64,000 nucleotides of DNA from an uncultured Phycisphaerales bacterium (GCA_963758525.1 CAVWVQ010000003.1:1408001-1472000); one strand, 5' to 3'. Positions 10,331-20,587 are shown, counted from the first letter of the stretch. Numbers and translations: made by a program. Notes: generated by a model from the letters alone, not told the origin.

Positions 10331-11077
10331 TCACTCCGTTCGCTTCGTTCCCAGCGAAATCCGAATCGCGATCAGCAGCCCGAACGACGCAAACATCAGC
10401 ACCGCCGCCAGCGCCAGCGCCTGGTCAGGGTCGATCTGGAAACCGATATAGATCGCCAGCGGCATGGTCTGCGTTCTTCCTGGATAATTGCCGGCGAAGA
10501 TGATCGTAGCGCCGAACTCTCCCAGGGCACGGGCCCAGCAGAGCACGCCTCCCCCAACCAGGGCGCGCCGGGCGACGGGCAGGGTCACTCCGTGAAAGGT
10601 TTGCCACGGGGAGGCGCCGTCGAGGGCGGCGGCTTCCTCGAGTGCGCTGGGCACGTTGGCCAGGCCGATCGTCGCGGCTTTGATGTAGTAGGGCGCCGAC
10701 ACAAACGTCTGCGCGAGGACGACGGCAAACGGCGTAAAGACCACTTCCATGCCAATCGCGTGTATCGCCGGGCCGAGCAGACCGCCCCTTCCAAACGTCA
10801 GCAGCAGCGCGATGCCCGCCACCGCGGGCGGAAGCACGGTGGGAAGATCGATGAGGATTTCCAGGAGCGTCTGGCCCGCGAAACGCCGCCGGGCAAGGCA
10901 ATGCGCCAGACCCGTGCCGAGCAGAACCGACAAAAGCACGGTGGTCGCGCTGGTTGCGAGGCTCAATGTCATTGCCTGGAGCGTGGCGGGCTGAACCAGG
11001 TCGTGGACAAACCGTCTCGGACGCACGTGCACGATCAACGCCACCAGCGGCAGGATCAGCAGCAGCGCCAGGGGCAA
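10331..11077 (-). CDS. modB: Molybdate ABC transporter permease
   Basis: DLPTVLPPAVAGIALL, EEAAALDGA, WARALGEFGATIIFAGNYPGRTQTMPL. True start may be the GTG at 11139, one indel away. Confidence 0.92.
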   Translation of the reverse strand: MPLALLLILPLVALIVHVRPRRFVHDLVQPATLQAMTLSLATSATTVLLSVLLGTGLAHCLARRRFAGQTLLEILIDLPTVLPPAVAGIALLLTFGRGGLLGPAIHAIGMEVVFTPFAVVLAQTFVSAPYYIKAATIGLANVPSALEEAAALDGASPWQTFHGVTLPVARRALVGGGVLCWARALGEFGATIIFAGNYPGRTQTMPLAIYIGFQIDPDQALALAAVLMFASFGLLIAIRISLGTKRTE

Positions 11078-11135
11078 TCCAACCAGCGGCGGCCACGCGC
11101 TGTTGCGCTGCGCCGGGGATCGTCCGGTCTGTCGA

Positions 11136-11933
11136 TCACTTGGTGGGAGCCGCCAGGAAATCGTGGGCCGTCAGAATGCTCTGCCCCTGCGGCGACAGAA
11201 CAAACAGCTCAAAGTCGCGCGCCAGCGACGCCGCTGCGCCATGAGCGGTCGTCGCGATCGGATACTCGGCGGCCGGATTGATGTCGGCGGGAATGTCGAT
11301 GCCTCGCAGCAGCGCGGCGGCGGAGCCGTGCAGATCACTCTGATACGCGATTCCCGCATCCGCCACGCCGAGCCGCACCTTGGTCACGACGGCTTCCACG
11401 TTCTCCTCGCGCGATCGCACGTTTGCCAGCACCGCGGCTGAAAAGTCCTTCCCGTACTCCGCGCGGTCAGCGGCGCGCTGCAGCACTTTCTCAAAATAAG
11501 CGCCCGCCGGCACCGCTTTGTCGGCCGCGACCAGCTTCAAGCCGGGCCTGGCCAAATCCGCAAACGTGACCAGCTTGCCGGGGTTCGACGAGGGTATGAT
11601 GATCGTCAGGCGATTGCCCGCAAAAACATGCACGGAATCGGCGTTGATCAGCCCCTCGTCCGACAGCGTCTTCATCTCCCGCTGGTTGGCGGACGCAAAA
11701 ATGTCGGCCGGCGCATGCTGCTCGATTTGAAGGCGAAGCACGTTGGACCCCGCAAAATTAAAGGCGACGGAGACGCCCGGATGTGCCGCCTCGTACTGCT
11801 TGCCCAACTCGGTGAATGGCTCAGCCAGCGAAGCGGCGGCAAAGACATTGAGCGTCGCAGTTTGAGTTGCGCCCCGGCCGCATCCTGAGAGACCGACAAA
11901 CGCCGCCATCGCCACTTTTTGCCGGGCGGTCAT
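11136..11933 (-). CDS. modA: Molybdate ABC transporter substrate-binding lipoprotein
   Basis: Lipobox-like LSGC, VFAAASL, FNFAGS, ADIFASA, VPAGAY, ADAGIAY. Confidence 0.92.
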   Translation of the reverse strand: MTARQKVAMAAFVGLSGCGRGATQTATLNVFAAASLAEPFTELGKQYEAAHPGVSVAFNFAGSNVLRLQIEQHAPADIFASANQREMKTLSDEGLINADSVHVFAGNRLTIIIPSSNPGKLVTFADLARPGLKLVAADKAVPAGAYFEKVLQRAADRAEYGKDFSAAVLANVRSREENVEAVVTKVRLGVADAGIAYQSDLHGSAAALLRGIDIPADINPAAEYPIATTAHGAAASLARDFELFVLSPQGQSILTAHDFLAAPTK

Positions 11934-12440
11934 TCTGGCTCCTGGTGATGCACGCCTCCGCGCAGCGTCTCCACCGCGTGCGGCAAAATATCCGCTAGCG
12001 CCTCGAAAAACTCGCGCGCCGCGCGGAGACCCGGGAAAATTGAGAATCAAACTCGCGCCGAGCGTCCCGGCTTCGCCGCGCGACAAATATGCCTTGGGCG
12101 TTTTCGCAAGGCAACGCAATCGGGCCAGCTCCAGAAGCCCGGGATGGCGTCGCTGCAGAACCGCCGCGGTCGCCTCGGGGGTGACATCCCGCGGCGCAAG
12201 GCCGGTCCCTCCGGTGGTCAGAATCAGATCGGGCCTGGGATGATCGACCGCCCACGATGTCAGTTGCCGGCTGATCAATGCCACCTCGTCCGGAACGCAC
12301 GCCGCCGCGACGATCTCGGCCGAGAGTCGCGTCCGGAGCAGATCGACCAGCGCCGGTCCCGACTCGTCTCGCGCCAGGCCGCGCGAGCAGCGATCGCTGC
12401 AGGTCAGAACCGCCGCGGTGATTGGCTGCGCTGCGCTCAT
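11930..12440 (-). CDS. mog: Molybdopterin adenylyltransferase MogA/MoaB (frameshift near 12015)
   Basis: VLTCSDR, DESGP, LTTGGTGLAPRDVTPEAT, NFPGSP; shifted frame continues EFFEALADILPHAVETLRG to a TGA overlapping the modA ATG. Confidence 0.88.
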
Positions 12441-12928
12441 GATGCGTTGCCCGGCGTCGGCGCGACATACGAGCCGTGCACGCCGCCGGTCTTTTCGAGC
12501 AAACGGATCGGGCCAATGACCATCGAGCGGTCGATGGATTTGCCCATGTCAACGACCGTCAGCGCCGCGATGGAGACGGCCGTCAGCGCCTCCATCTCCA
12601 CGCCGGTCTTTCCCTCCGCGATCACCGTCGCCTGCAGAATCACCTCGTCCGATTCGATCCGCACCTGCACGTCAACCTGATTCAACGCTAAATTGTGACA
12701 CAGCGGAATCAGCTCTGCCGTTCGCTTGGCGGCCTGGATACCGGCCAGGCGCACCGTCGAAAAAAAGTCTCCCTTCGGCAGCGATCGTTCGAGAATCGCC
12801 GCCGCCAATTGCGGAGAAATGCGGACGCGGCCCTCGGCAACCGCGCGGCGCGTCGTCACAGGCTTGCCGCTCACATCCACCATCCGCAGGCGGCCCTGCT
12901 CGTCGAGATGGCTCAACTTTTCGCTCAT
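12437..12928 (-). CDS. moaC: Cyclic pyranopterin monophosphate synthase accessory protein
   Basis: LSHLD..MVDVSGK, LIPLCH, TGVEMEALTA, LLEKTGG. Confidence 0.95.
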   Translation of the reverse strand: MSEKLSHLDEQGRLRMVDVSGKPVTTRRAVAEGRVRISPQLAAAILERSLPKGDFFSTVRLAGIQAAKRTAELIPLCHNLALNQVDVQVRIESDEVILQATVIAEGKTGVEMEALTAVSIAALTVVDMGKSIDRSMVIGPIRLLEKTGGVHGSYVAPTPGNAS

Positions 12929-14135
12929 GTCAGCGCCCACGGGTAGAAAGATACCGCCGCCGGCGCGGAATCGCCCGGAGGGATTTCGACAAATCCGTCG
13001 GTTTGCGCCGCGCTGATCAGATCCCCCGAGTTATGGGCGGCGAGGATTTGCGCGCTCCCGTCCGGCGTCAGAACTGCCGGCGGAAACAACCGCAACGTCG
13101 GATGAACCGTCGCCGCGCCCCGCAGCAAGACCCGCGGCGCGGGCGGATCGATCTCAGTCATCCCTGCAAGCTTTCTGAGCGCGATCATGGCCAGGCGCCG
13201 AACCGTCACCAGCACCGACAACGGATTGCCCGGCATCCCAAAGATCGCTTTCCCCCCCGGCCCGGCCGCGCCGAGCGTCGGCCGGCCGGGCCGCAGCGCC
13301 AGCCCGTGAAACACGATTTCGCCGCCGACCTGACGCACGGCGTCTGGAACAAAATCGCGATCGCCCATCGATACGCCCCCGCTGAGCAGCACGGCATCGC
13401 TCTCGGTCAGCGCCGCGGAAAGCTTTTCGACGATCAGCGGAAGGTCATCGCGAACAATCACGATTTGTCTCAGATCAATCCACCGTGCGGCGCCCATCGC
13501 GCACCGCACCGCGCACGAATGGCTCTCCCGAATCTGCCACGGCCGCGGGTCATCTGCGACATCCATCAGCTCGTCACCCGTCACGATCAGTGCCACGCGC
13601 ACCGGCCTGCGCACGCGCGACGCTGCGCCGCGCCCATCGAGGCCAGTGCCGACATCCGGCTCGGACCAAGCAGCATGCCGCCCGCCAGCACGCGCTCCCC
13701 AGCGCGGACGTTGCTGCCGCGGCGTCGGATGTCCTGATCGGGCTTGAGCGAAAGCGCGTGAGCGATCTCGATGAAGTCCCGATGCTCGCGCACTTCCTCG
13801 CGCCGCACGACCGCCTCTGCTCCGATCGGAACCGGCGCGCCGGTTGCAATCTTCACGACAGCCCCTTCAGCCATCTCCGGCGGCGCCGCGCCAATGCGCG
13901 ATTCATCGCTGATCGCGATCCTCCCAATCCCCGCCTGCGCCAATCGCAGCGCGTAGCCGTCCACCGCGCTGAGATCGATCGGGGGATGATCGCGATCGGC
14001 CAGAACCTCCTGCGCGAGCACCAACCCCCCCGCTTCGTTGAGATGGACCACTTGCTCCGGCACCGGTGCAAGCCGTTCGGCTAAACGCATCAGGCTGACG
14101 ATCGGATCAGCGAGCTTGCTTCCAGATGGGTACAT
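12925..14135 (-). CDS. moeA: Molybdopterin molybdotransferase (frameshift near 13612)
   Basis: SAVDGYA, IATGAPVPIGAEAVV in the 5' ORF; TGDEL, SGGVSMGDRDFV, RPGRP, MPGNP in the 3' ORF. Confidence 0.9.
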
Positions 14136-14480
14136 CCTGCTTGAGCCGGTTGATGAATTCCCCCATCACCTCAAGTGCTTCCTGCCGATGCGCACAGCCA
14201 CGTCCAGACGAAACGAGCATTCGCCCACCGCCACCCATCCTGTGCTGTGCACCACCCGCATCGCCAGAATCCCATGCTTCGTCATCAGCGCCCGCGCGAT
14301 CGATTCAATCTGTCGCTCGGCCATCGGACGATACGCTTCATATTGCAGCCCCTCGATCGGCTTCCCTGATTCGGTCGGACGAACAACCCCGGCGAAGCTG
14401 ATCAGCGCCCCCGCTCCCGCGCATTTCCATGGCAGAGCTTCCGGGACCGGCCCATCGACAATTTGCACCTCCAGCGTCAT
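14107..14480 (-). CDS. moaE: Molybdopterin synthase large subunit (frameshift near 14190)
   Basis: GALISFAGVVR, LQYEAY; shifted frame gives FINRLKQDVPIWK then TGA at 14107-14109. Confidence 0.88.
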
Positions 14481-14725
14481 CCGCCGCAAACCTGATTGAT
14501 GATCGCCACTTCATCGCCGGCGACGATCAGGTAATCATCGCCGACGAAATCATAGTTGACCGCGAAGCGTGCCGTAGAGAGCGTTGCGCCCAACGCGGGC
14601 TCAACCTCCACCACGCGTTGCCGCAGCGCCGCGCAGGCAATTGGAAGCGCCGCAACGTCGACGACAAGATCGCCGCGCCCGACGACGCGCGCTTCGGGGC
14701 CGAAAAGTTTGAGCGAAAGCTGCAT
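14477..14725 (-). CDS. moaD: Molybdopterin synthase sulfur carrier subunit
   Basis: FAVN..GDEVAII..VCGG with C-terminal GG; RBS-like GGAG. Confidence 0.88.
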   Translation of the reverse strand: MQLSLKLFGPEARVVGRGDLVVDVAALPIACAALRQRVVEVEPALGATLSTARFAVNYDFVGDDYLIVAGDEVAIINQVCGG

Positions 14726-14834
14726 GACTCCGTTGTCTGACGTAGGGCGGGATTCATCCCGCCGCGTTCTCTTCACAATTGCGGTTTCCACAAAGCCTGA
14801 AGACCTTGAAGGCCTCGCGAATCTGCACTAATTG

Positions 14835-14875
14835 TCCCCTCCCCTGGCACTCCGCGGGAGGGTTAGGCCGGGGGC
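14835..14875. repeat. Degenerate REP-like palindrome
   Basis: TCCCCTCCC..GGGAGGGTTAGG..GGGGG between moaA and moaD. Confidence 0.4.
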
Positions 14876-14914
14876 CACTCCGATCTTTCTGAGGCGTCGT
14901 GCCGGACGTCCCGA

Positions 14915-15881
14915 TCACCCGCCCAACTCAATCATCACCGCATGTCCAAGCGCCGGATGTTCCGCGCGCTTTTGACTCAATCCCGCGCAACACATCATCA
15001 AATAGCCGCGCGTCAAACGCTGGTCTTACCGCCGGGAGAATATTCCCCGCCGGTCGATCCATCAGGCACGGGTACAATTCGCCGCCGGCGCCGATGCGCA
15101 TCCGGTCGCACTGATCGCAAAACGGATGGCTCATCGCGGTGATAAAACCGACCGTCGCCTGGCTTCCATCGGCCAGCAGGGCGTGATACCGGCGGGCCGA
15201 CTCTGCGCCCCCGGGGAGCGGCCGCCAGAAATCAACCGTGCTGCTGAGAGTGTCCCGCATTTCCGATTCCGGCACATACCGCTGCGACCACTTTTCGTGC
15301 AACGGCCCCATCGGCATCAACTCGATAAAGCGGATTTCCACTCCCTTCGCCGCCGCAAACTCCAGCAGCTCCGGCAGATCATTTTCATTCTGCCCGCGCA
15401 CCACCACCGTGTTGAGGCGCACCGGGCAAAGCCCCGCGCTCAGCGCCGCGTCGATTCCATCGAGCACGCGCGGCAACTGATTCACGCCGGTGACCGCCGC
15501 GAACGTTTGCGGGTTGAGCGAGTCGATGCTGATATTAATTCGCTTGAGCCCCGCCTCCCGCAGCGCCGCCGCCTGGCGGGAGAGCGTCAGTCCATTGGTC
15601 GTCATCGCCAGATCGGCAATCCCCGCAATCCGTGACACTCTGCGGACAATTTCGAGCAAATCAGGACAGACCGTCGGCTCCCCACCCGTCAGCCGCACTT
15701 TCACCAAACCGTGCGAGTCGGAGAGATGTCTCACGATCGCTTCAATTTCATCGGGACTCAGTTCGCTCTCGTCCCGATGCGTCGCGTATCCCTCCGGCCG
15801 GCAATAGACGCAGCGCATCGCGCACGCGCGCGTGAGCGAGAGTCGAAGGTAACGAATTGGTCGGCCAAAACGATCGTTCAT
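14915..15881 (-). CDS. moaA: GTP 3',8-cyclase, radical SAM (frameshift near 14965)
   Basis: YLRLSLT.ACAMRCVYC, RLTGGEP, MTTNG, RFIELMP, FCDQCDRMR; shifted frame restores the C-terminal MIELGG. Confidence 0.95.
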
Positions 15882-15977
15882 TTCCCTATATCACGGCAAT
15901 GCCTTGAGCCTGCTCAACGCTCACGCTCATGCGATGTTCCCGGTTGTCTGATGATAGGATACAAAAAAGCGGGACCG

Positions 15978-16001
15978 AAGCGGGCGAAGGGAGTTGAACC
16001 C
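15978..16001 (-). mobile_element. 3' fragment of tRNA-Gly, putative att site at the island left boundary
   Basis: Minus strand GGGTTCAACTCCCTTCGCCCGCTT is a T-arm plus 3' acceptor strand resembling tRNA-Gly; no D or anticodon arm next to it. Confidence 0.75.
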
Positions 16002-16093
16002 GACGCAACGTCGCATGTTTCCGCTGAAGAAGCTTATACTCCAGAATCCGGCGCAGCGAAAGCGTCAGTAGTAGTATCCCCGCCGGTGACTGC

Positions 16094-16184
16094 CGATGCT
16101 GATTTGGCCGACGTGGTAGCGGCTTGGCCGACAATCCCCGCGCCGATCAAAGCGGGCATCCTGGCAATGATCCGGGCGAAGTGA
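16094..16184 (+). other. Integrase-tail-like peptide remnant (DADLADVVAAWPTIPAPIKAGILAMIRA)
   Basis: Resembles short peptides I recall next to att sites of planctomycete integrative elements; recognised from memory. Confidence 0.5.
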
Positions 16185-16253
16185 AATCCGAACCCCATAG
16201 CGGTCTGAAAAAACAGGAAACTAACTCCCCGCGTTTTCACTCAGATTGCCCTC

Positions 16254-17222
16254 TCAGCCCAAGTGGTGCAGGACGGGCTTCGTCATCAGGCAATAGATCT
16301 CGTCCCCTAGATTCAACTCATCTTCAGAGACCCTTACGTATCCAAACTTTTCGTAAAACCCAAGTTCGCTCTTAATTGCATGGAGGCGCAGAGATTTCGA
16401 GTTCGTCTGGCGGGCGATGGTCTCGCCCCATCGCAGTAGTGCTCCGCCATAGCCAAAACCCGAGTGACCTTTGGACACCGCGACTGCTTCGATAGTGAGA
16501 ATACCGTCCCGACGCTCAATCGTGAGGTAGCCGATGATGCCCTCAACTGTCTCCAAGACGAAGGTGACCCGCTCCGGATGGCTTTTCATTTCGTAATAGC
16601 GGTCTTCCCAAGGGATACGGTCCAGCGACTTGGTTTCCGACACTACGAGCGGCCGCACAAGGTCTGATTCGTTCAGTTTCCGAATGTGAAAATACGGCGA
16701 CCGCTTCTTAGCAATCGGGGCGGGCCGCTGCCGGATTTGAATGGCTGCAACTTGATCATGAAAATGATTATTCGGCAGGCAATCGAGAAGAAAGTAAGCG
16801 CGGTCGTAGTCGCCGATCGTGACCGCCCAGAAACTGGGAATGAAACTGGCACTTTGCTTGAGCACAAGCGTGTAACTACAGACGCCTGCTGCGGCAAAAG
16901 AATAGACCTCGTGCACTACGCGTCCCATTGTTTTGCCGGAGTGCACCGAGCTGTCTAATACCATGACGCGCTTACCGTTGATCGCCGCCGCCGCGCCCTG
17001 TTCAAACGCGATCTTATCGTTATCACGGTCGTACTCGGCCGGCAGCACACTTGTCGTTTCAAGCTGGGGCTCAAGCGTCAGTAACCTTTTGGCGAGTTCT
17101 CGCCCGGAAGGGCCGAGCGGCACCCATACTTCGGGGCGATCGCCTTGCAATGCCAGCAGCCGTCTAGCCAAATCGGTCAGATAGGCGTCGACTTCTTCGT
17201 TACCGAGATAATGGGTTTGCAT
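16254..17222 (-). CDS. Type I phosphoribosyltransferase-like domain fused to a GNAT acetyltransferase
   Basis: GKRVMVLDSSVHSGKT (PRPP-loop-like); C-terminal AVAVSKGHSGFGYGGALL..GFYEKFGY (GNAT motifs A and B). Confidence 0.8.
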   Translation of the reverse strand: MQTHYLGNEEVDAYLTDLARRLLALQGDRPEVWVPLGPSGRELAKRLLTLEPQLETTSVLPAEYDRDNDKIAFEQGAAAAINGKRVMVLDSSVHSGKTMGRVVHEVYSFAAAGVCSYTLVLKQSASFIPSFWAVTIGDYDRAYFLLDCLPNNHFHDQVAAIQIRQRPAPIAKKRSPYFHIRKLNESDLVRPLVVSETKSLDRIPWEDRYYEMKSHPERVTFVLETVEGIIGYLTIERRDGILTIEAVAVSKGHSGFGYGGALLRWGETIARQTNSKSLRLHAIKSELGFYEKFGYVRVSEDELNLGDEIYCLMTKPVLHHLG

Positions 17223-17310
17223 CGACACCCCTGCTCGCGCATGCAAGATGCGGAATGGATGACCATCGCGCGAGGTCTCCCCTCATCGCAATTGATAAAT
17301 TAGCCAGCGT

Positions 17311-17532
17311 TCAACCGCGGCGTGCCCGGGCAGAGGTGATTGGATGCTGCTCAATGACGGCACCGAGCTCCTCGTAGTAACAATCGCTACACACCGAGCC
17401 ATTGTCGGTGCGACGGTTGCCCGTTACGGCCTCTCGCAGAGGTTCGTGGCAGGCATGACAGACCTTGCCGACCTGGTTATTCGCTTTTTGCCGCGCTTCG
17501 TATTGGGCGATCATTTCGCTTGCAGTTGCCAT
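17311..17532 (-). CDS. Small CxxC..CxxC zinc-finger-like protein
   Basis: 73 aa with CHAC and CSDC; RBS-like GGAAGG upstream. Confidence 0.7.
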   Translation of the reverse strand: MATASEMIAQYEARQKANNQVGKVCHACHEPLREAVTGNRRTDNGSVCSDCYYEELGAVIEQHPITSARARRG

Positions 17533-18297
17533 TGTCACCTTCCGGACAGAGACATGCCGCTCGCGGCGTTCGCGTCGCCAGCCTCGTGTAAAACGTTGTT
17601 AGCAAGGATAGGTGCAGACATTCGCTTGATACCAGACCGAAACCCAGTCTGCATACGACAAAGGGGAGGTAGTGTAGTGACCCGCTGGGGAGTGTCAATC
17701 GAAGACCACGCAATTGCGTTCAAGCCGCACCTCCATCCATGAAAGGCGCACAGCACTGATACCACAACATATGGGGGGTAGCATAGGGCCAATCGTCAAT
17801 ATTTGTCAACATCTTGTACCCAGATATCGGCAATCCCATGCCCAGCTCTCTCTAATTCCCGCAAACCGAGCCCTCCTTTCGGGTCGGCGGCGGCAAACAA
17901 ATCTGAGGGGGGGACGACAGAAGCATACCCGGCAACCTACGGCGGGAGTTGAGAATTCCGCAGTTGGCGACATGGTATCTCAAGCGTCCAATTCGGACTC
18001 GGACGGGAGAACCTTACAAGACCTTACACTTCTGAACACGCCGGGCGGAGTCCTTTCCTGACCGGAAGCTGGCATGACCCGGAAACGGGGGCGTCGATCA
18101 TTCTCGCTTCACGAACCGGCGGCGCACGTTGCGTAAAACCGCCGGCGCGAGAGGCATACCCGAGAGCCAATCTCTCGCGCGAAAAAAGCTCCGTTATCAA
18201 CAATTTGCCGGATGCCGTTCGAGAGGTTGGCGAACGGAGAGGGGAACTCCACGGCCGTAGGCTGTCGTAGGTCGATCGTACGTCCTTTCCCCCGGCA

Positions 18298-19509
18298 TCA
18301 TTTCATGCCATCCGGAATGGCCGCGATGTTTTCAAGGTACGTCAGTGCCTCGTTTGCATCGTTAATAACGCGACATCCGTATTCTCGGTCAAGGTGAAAC
18401 GGCGCACGCGTGAGAATGTCGCGCATTCCTCGCTCTGTGAAGAAGGCATTGCAGTATGGCAGGGCGGCCGTCGCGTGTTGGTGGTCAGCCATGTCATTGA
18501 CCTGATGCCGCCGGCGCATCCATCGGATCGTGGAATGAATTGCGCCCATGATGTGATACTGTGGGAAATCTTTCGTGATCCGGCCGAGCCTCAGCCCGCA
18601 AGTGATTATGCTGGCGAGCGAAGCCGCGAGCTCCGTGGACGACGTTTCCGGGCCAAGCGGTGTGCGGATGCCTTTGTCGAAGAGGTCTGCCGCGAAGTCG
18701 GCAATGTCGTTGGCGATTAGGTCGGTCGAGTTGCCAACCTCGATCTCATAGGTTGCCTTCAAACTGCGAAGGCTATCTCGGGTTCGGTCGGACAATATGT
18801 TTTGAATTAGGGTATGCCGCCAATTTTCCAGCTTCGACGGAACGCCTCGTGCCTGCTCCAATACGTCGGAAAATCTGAGGAACTGCGTGAACCCCAGCCA
18901 CAACTTCTGTTGCTTAAGATTTTCCTCCGGCGGCCATCCATGCACATCGAAGTGTCCCATGCCAAGAAAGTGAGACACCGGCCCCCAAACAAATGGATCC
19001 GCCGCCGGGAACGTCCTATCGCCAAGCAGCCTTGTCCAAACAAAGTGGCTAAGCTGCACCTGGATTCGAGAGACCTGATCCACGATGCAGACATCCCCGC
19101 AAAGCCGATCCACGACGCATGCCGTTCGCTGTCTAGATGCGGGCTCTTGCTTCATGACCTCTGAATAGAGCGGGTACGAAACGGGGCACAGAACCCGGCC
19201 GATTTTCGCCAGGTCTCGCAGCCGCCGCCACAGCTCGGCATGCACCGGCAGTCTCGGCTGACGGAAGGCCGCGTCTCGCAGCCATATCCAGTAGTTCGTG
19301 TCGAGGTATATGCGGCAGCGTGAGAGCGCGCGGTCAGCCACCGTCAAACTTATCACCCGGCGGTACATGTCGAGATCGATGCTCGGGTCCTTCACCAACG
19401 CATCCGGACCCGCTGCCTTCTGTTTCGCGCTCGCCCGCTTCAATCTCTTGACCATCGCTGGCGATAAACCCGCCGGACGTTCATCATTGCCACGGAAATC
19501 GAGTGACAT
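18298..19509 (-). CDS. Hypothetical protein with PIN-like motifs
   Basis: IYLDTNYW near the N-terminus, SEV, and NDMADHQHATAALPYCNAFFTE near the C-terminus. Confidence 0.6.
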   Translation of the reverse strand: MSLDFRGNDERPAGLSPAMVKRLKRASAKQKAAGPDALVKDPSIDLDMYRRVISLTVADRALSRCRIYLDTNYWIWLRDAAFRQPRLPVHAELWRRLRDLAKIGRVLCPVSYPLYSEVMKQEPASRQRTACVVDRLCGDVCIVDQVSRIQVQLSHFVWTRLLGDRTFPAADPFVWGPVSHFLGMGHFDVHGWPPEENLKQQKLWLGFTQFLRFSDVLEQARGVPSKLENWRHTLIQNILSDRTRDSLRSLKATYEIEVGNSTDLIANDIADFAADLFDKGIRTPLGPETSSTELAASLASIITCGLRLGRITKDFPQYHIMGAIHSTIRWMRRRHQVNDMADHQHATAALPYCNAFFTERGMRDILTRAPFHLDREYGCRVINDANEALTYLENIAAIPDGMK

Positions 19510-19651
19510 GGGCAGCTTCTTCGTTGCGGGCACAAGGAGGTCAATGAGCAAATCAGGTCCCCCAACTCCTGGCACTGACTTTACGTTGCCGCACTTCTTC
19601 CGCCTACCTCAACGTAGTGCCGTCACGCGTGCCCTCAAAAGTCAAGCGCGT

Positions 19652-20587
19652 CTAACACGCTTCCTCGTCCTTGATCAGTTCGTACTCCTTGAACACCGGA
19701 TGATCGGGCACCTCCACGACAAAATCCTCTTTCCTGGCGGAGTAGTCGTCGCCAGACAGCCATTGCCAATCTGCTTCCGGCAGCCGATGCATGGCGTCGT
19801 TGTGGTAACGGAGCAGCCAGAGCACCTTGTCCGTGACGCTGTCTGGATACGCCCTGTCCTTTTTCAGCAACTCCGCCAAGTTCGATTCGACGAGCGCCTT
19901 GTGGGTATTGAAGAACTCCAAGACGGGATATGGCTCGCCGACTGCGGCTATGCAGCCCCGAAGATAGTCAAGAAACCAGACGCCACTCTCATCCCGCCGC
20001 AAAAAAAGCCGGAGATATTCTGACCACTCGTATGTGTGCGAGTGCTGATATGACTTCAGAGTTTCACTGCCAAAGTACTCGGCGATGAGCTTCGGATCAA
20101 CGACGATGCGTGGATAGTTTGCGAGCTTGGTCTCGATTTCGTACGCCCGCGCGATCGCAGGCCCGAATAGGGCGGAACCGTGCGAATCTCGCGACCCAAG
20201 GTACTCGCCGAATGTGATTGCCCCGCGGATCAAATAGCCTTCGTGCGCTAGGCGGGCCTGAACGAAAACCAACCCAAGGAGCTCGTGAAAAAGCTGCCCA
20301 TCGGGCCTTTTCTTGTTGATTTCGTGCTCGGTGTCCGTACAACGAAACACGCAGTCCGACAGCGCCGCGTACTCGTACATTGAGGCCCATGCACTCTCAT
20401 CGTCATCGCTCTCGACGACCTTTCCGCCTTCCTTCTTCAGGAACTTCGGCTTCGGGTCACCCTCGCTTCTGAAGAGCTCAAGGATTCGCGCAAGTTCACC
20501 AGGGGCCTTCGTCGCGAGAAGGTTGCGCCATCCCAGTAGGTCGAGGAACGTGACGATGCCCTTCTTGTATTTTAGTTCGACTGGCAT
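19652..20587 (-). CDS. Class III nucleotide cyclase-like protein
   Basis: VTFLDLLG, LSDC, IRGAITFG, LFGPAIARAYEIE..YPRIVVD parallel the adenylate/guanylate cyclase motif order. Confidence 0.6.
   Translation of the reverse strand: MPVELKYKKGIVTFLDLLGWRNLLATKAPGELARILELFRSEGDPKPKFLKKEGGKVVESDDDESAWASMYEYAALSDCVFRCTDTEHEINKKRPDGQLFHELLGLVFVQARLAHEGYLIRGAITFGEYLGSRDSHGSALFGPAIARAYEIETKLANYPRIVVDPKLIAEYFGSETLKSYQHSHTYEWSEYLRLFLRRDESGVWFLDYLRGCIAAVGEPYPVLEFFNTHKALVESNLAELLKKDRAYPDSVTDKVLWLLRYHNDAMHRLPEADWQWLSGDDYSARKEDFVVEVPDHPVFKEYELIKDEEAC

Noticed and set aside
11136..12440. Apparent Mog-ModA fusion (434-aa ORF)
   Set aside because: A shift at the GCGCGC run near 12015 restores a normal Mog C-terminus ending at an ATGA overlap with modA; most likely a sequencing indel.
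12925..15881. Pseudogenisation or programmed frameshifting of moeA, moaE and moaA
   Set aside because: Several single indels, often in GC-dinucleotide runs, with motifs intact on both sides and no nonsense codons; similar indels occur across the window, pointing to read or assembly error.
15940..16060. Intact tRNA gene
   Set aside because: Only the T-arm and 3' acceptor strand are present.
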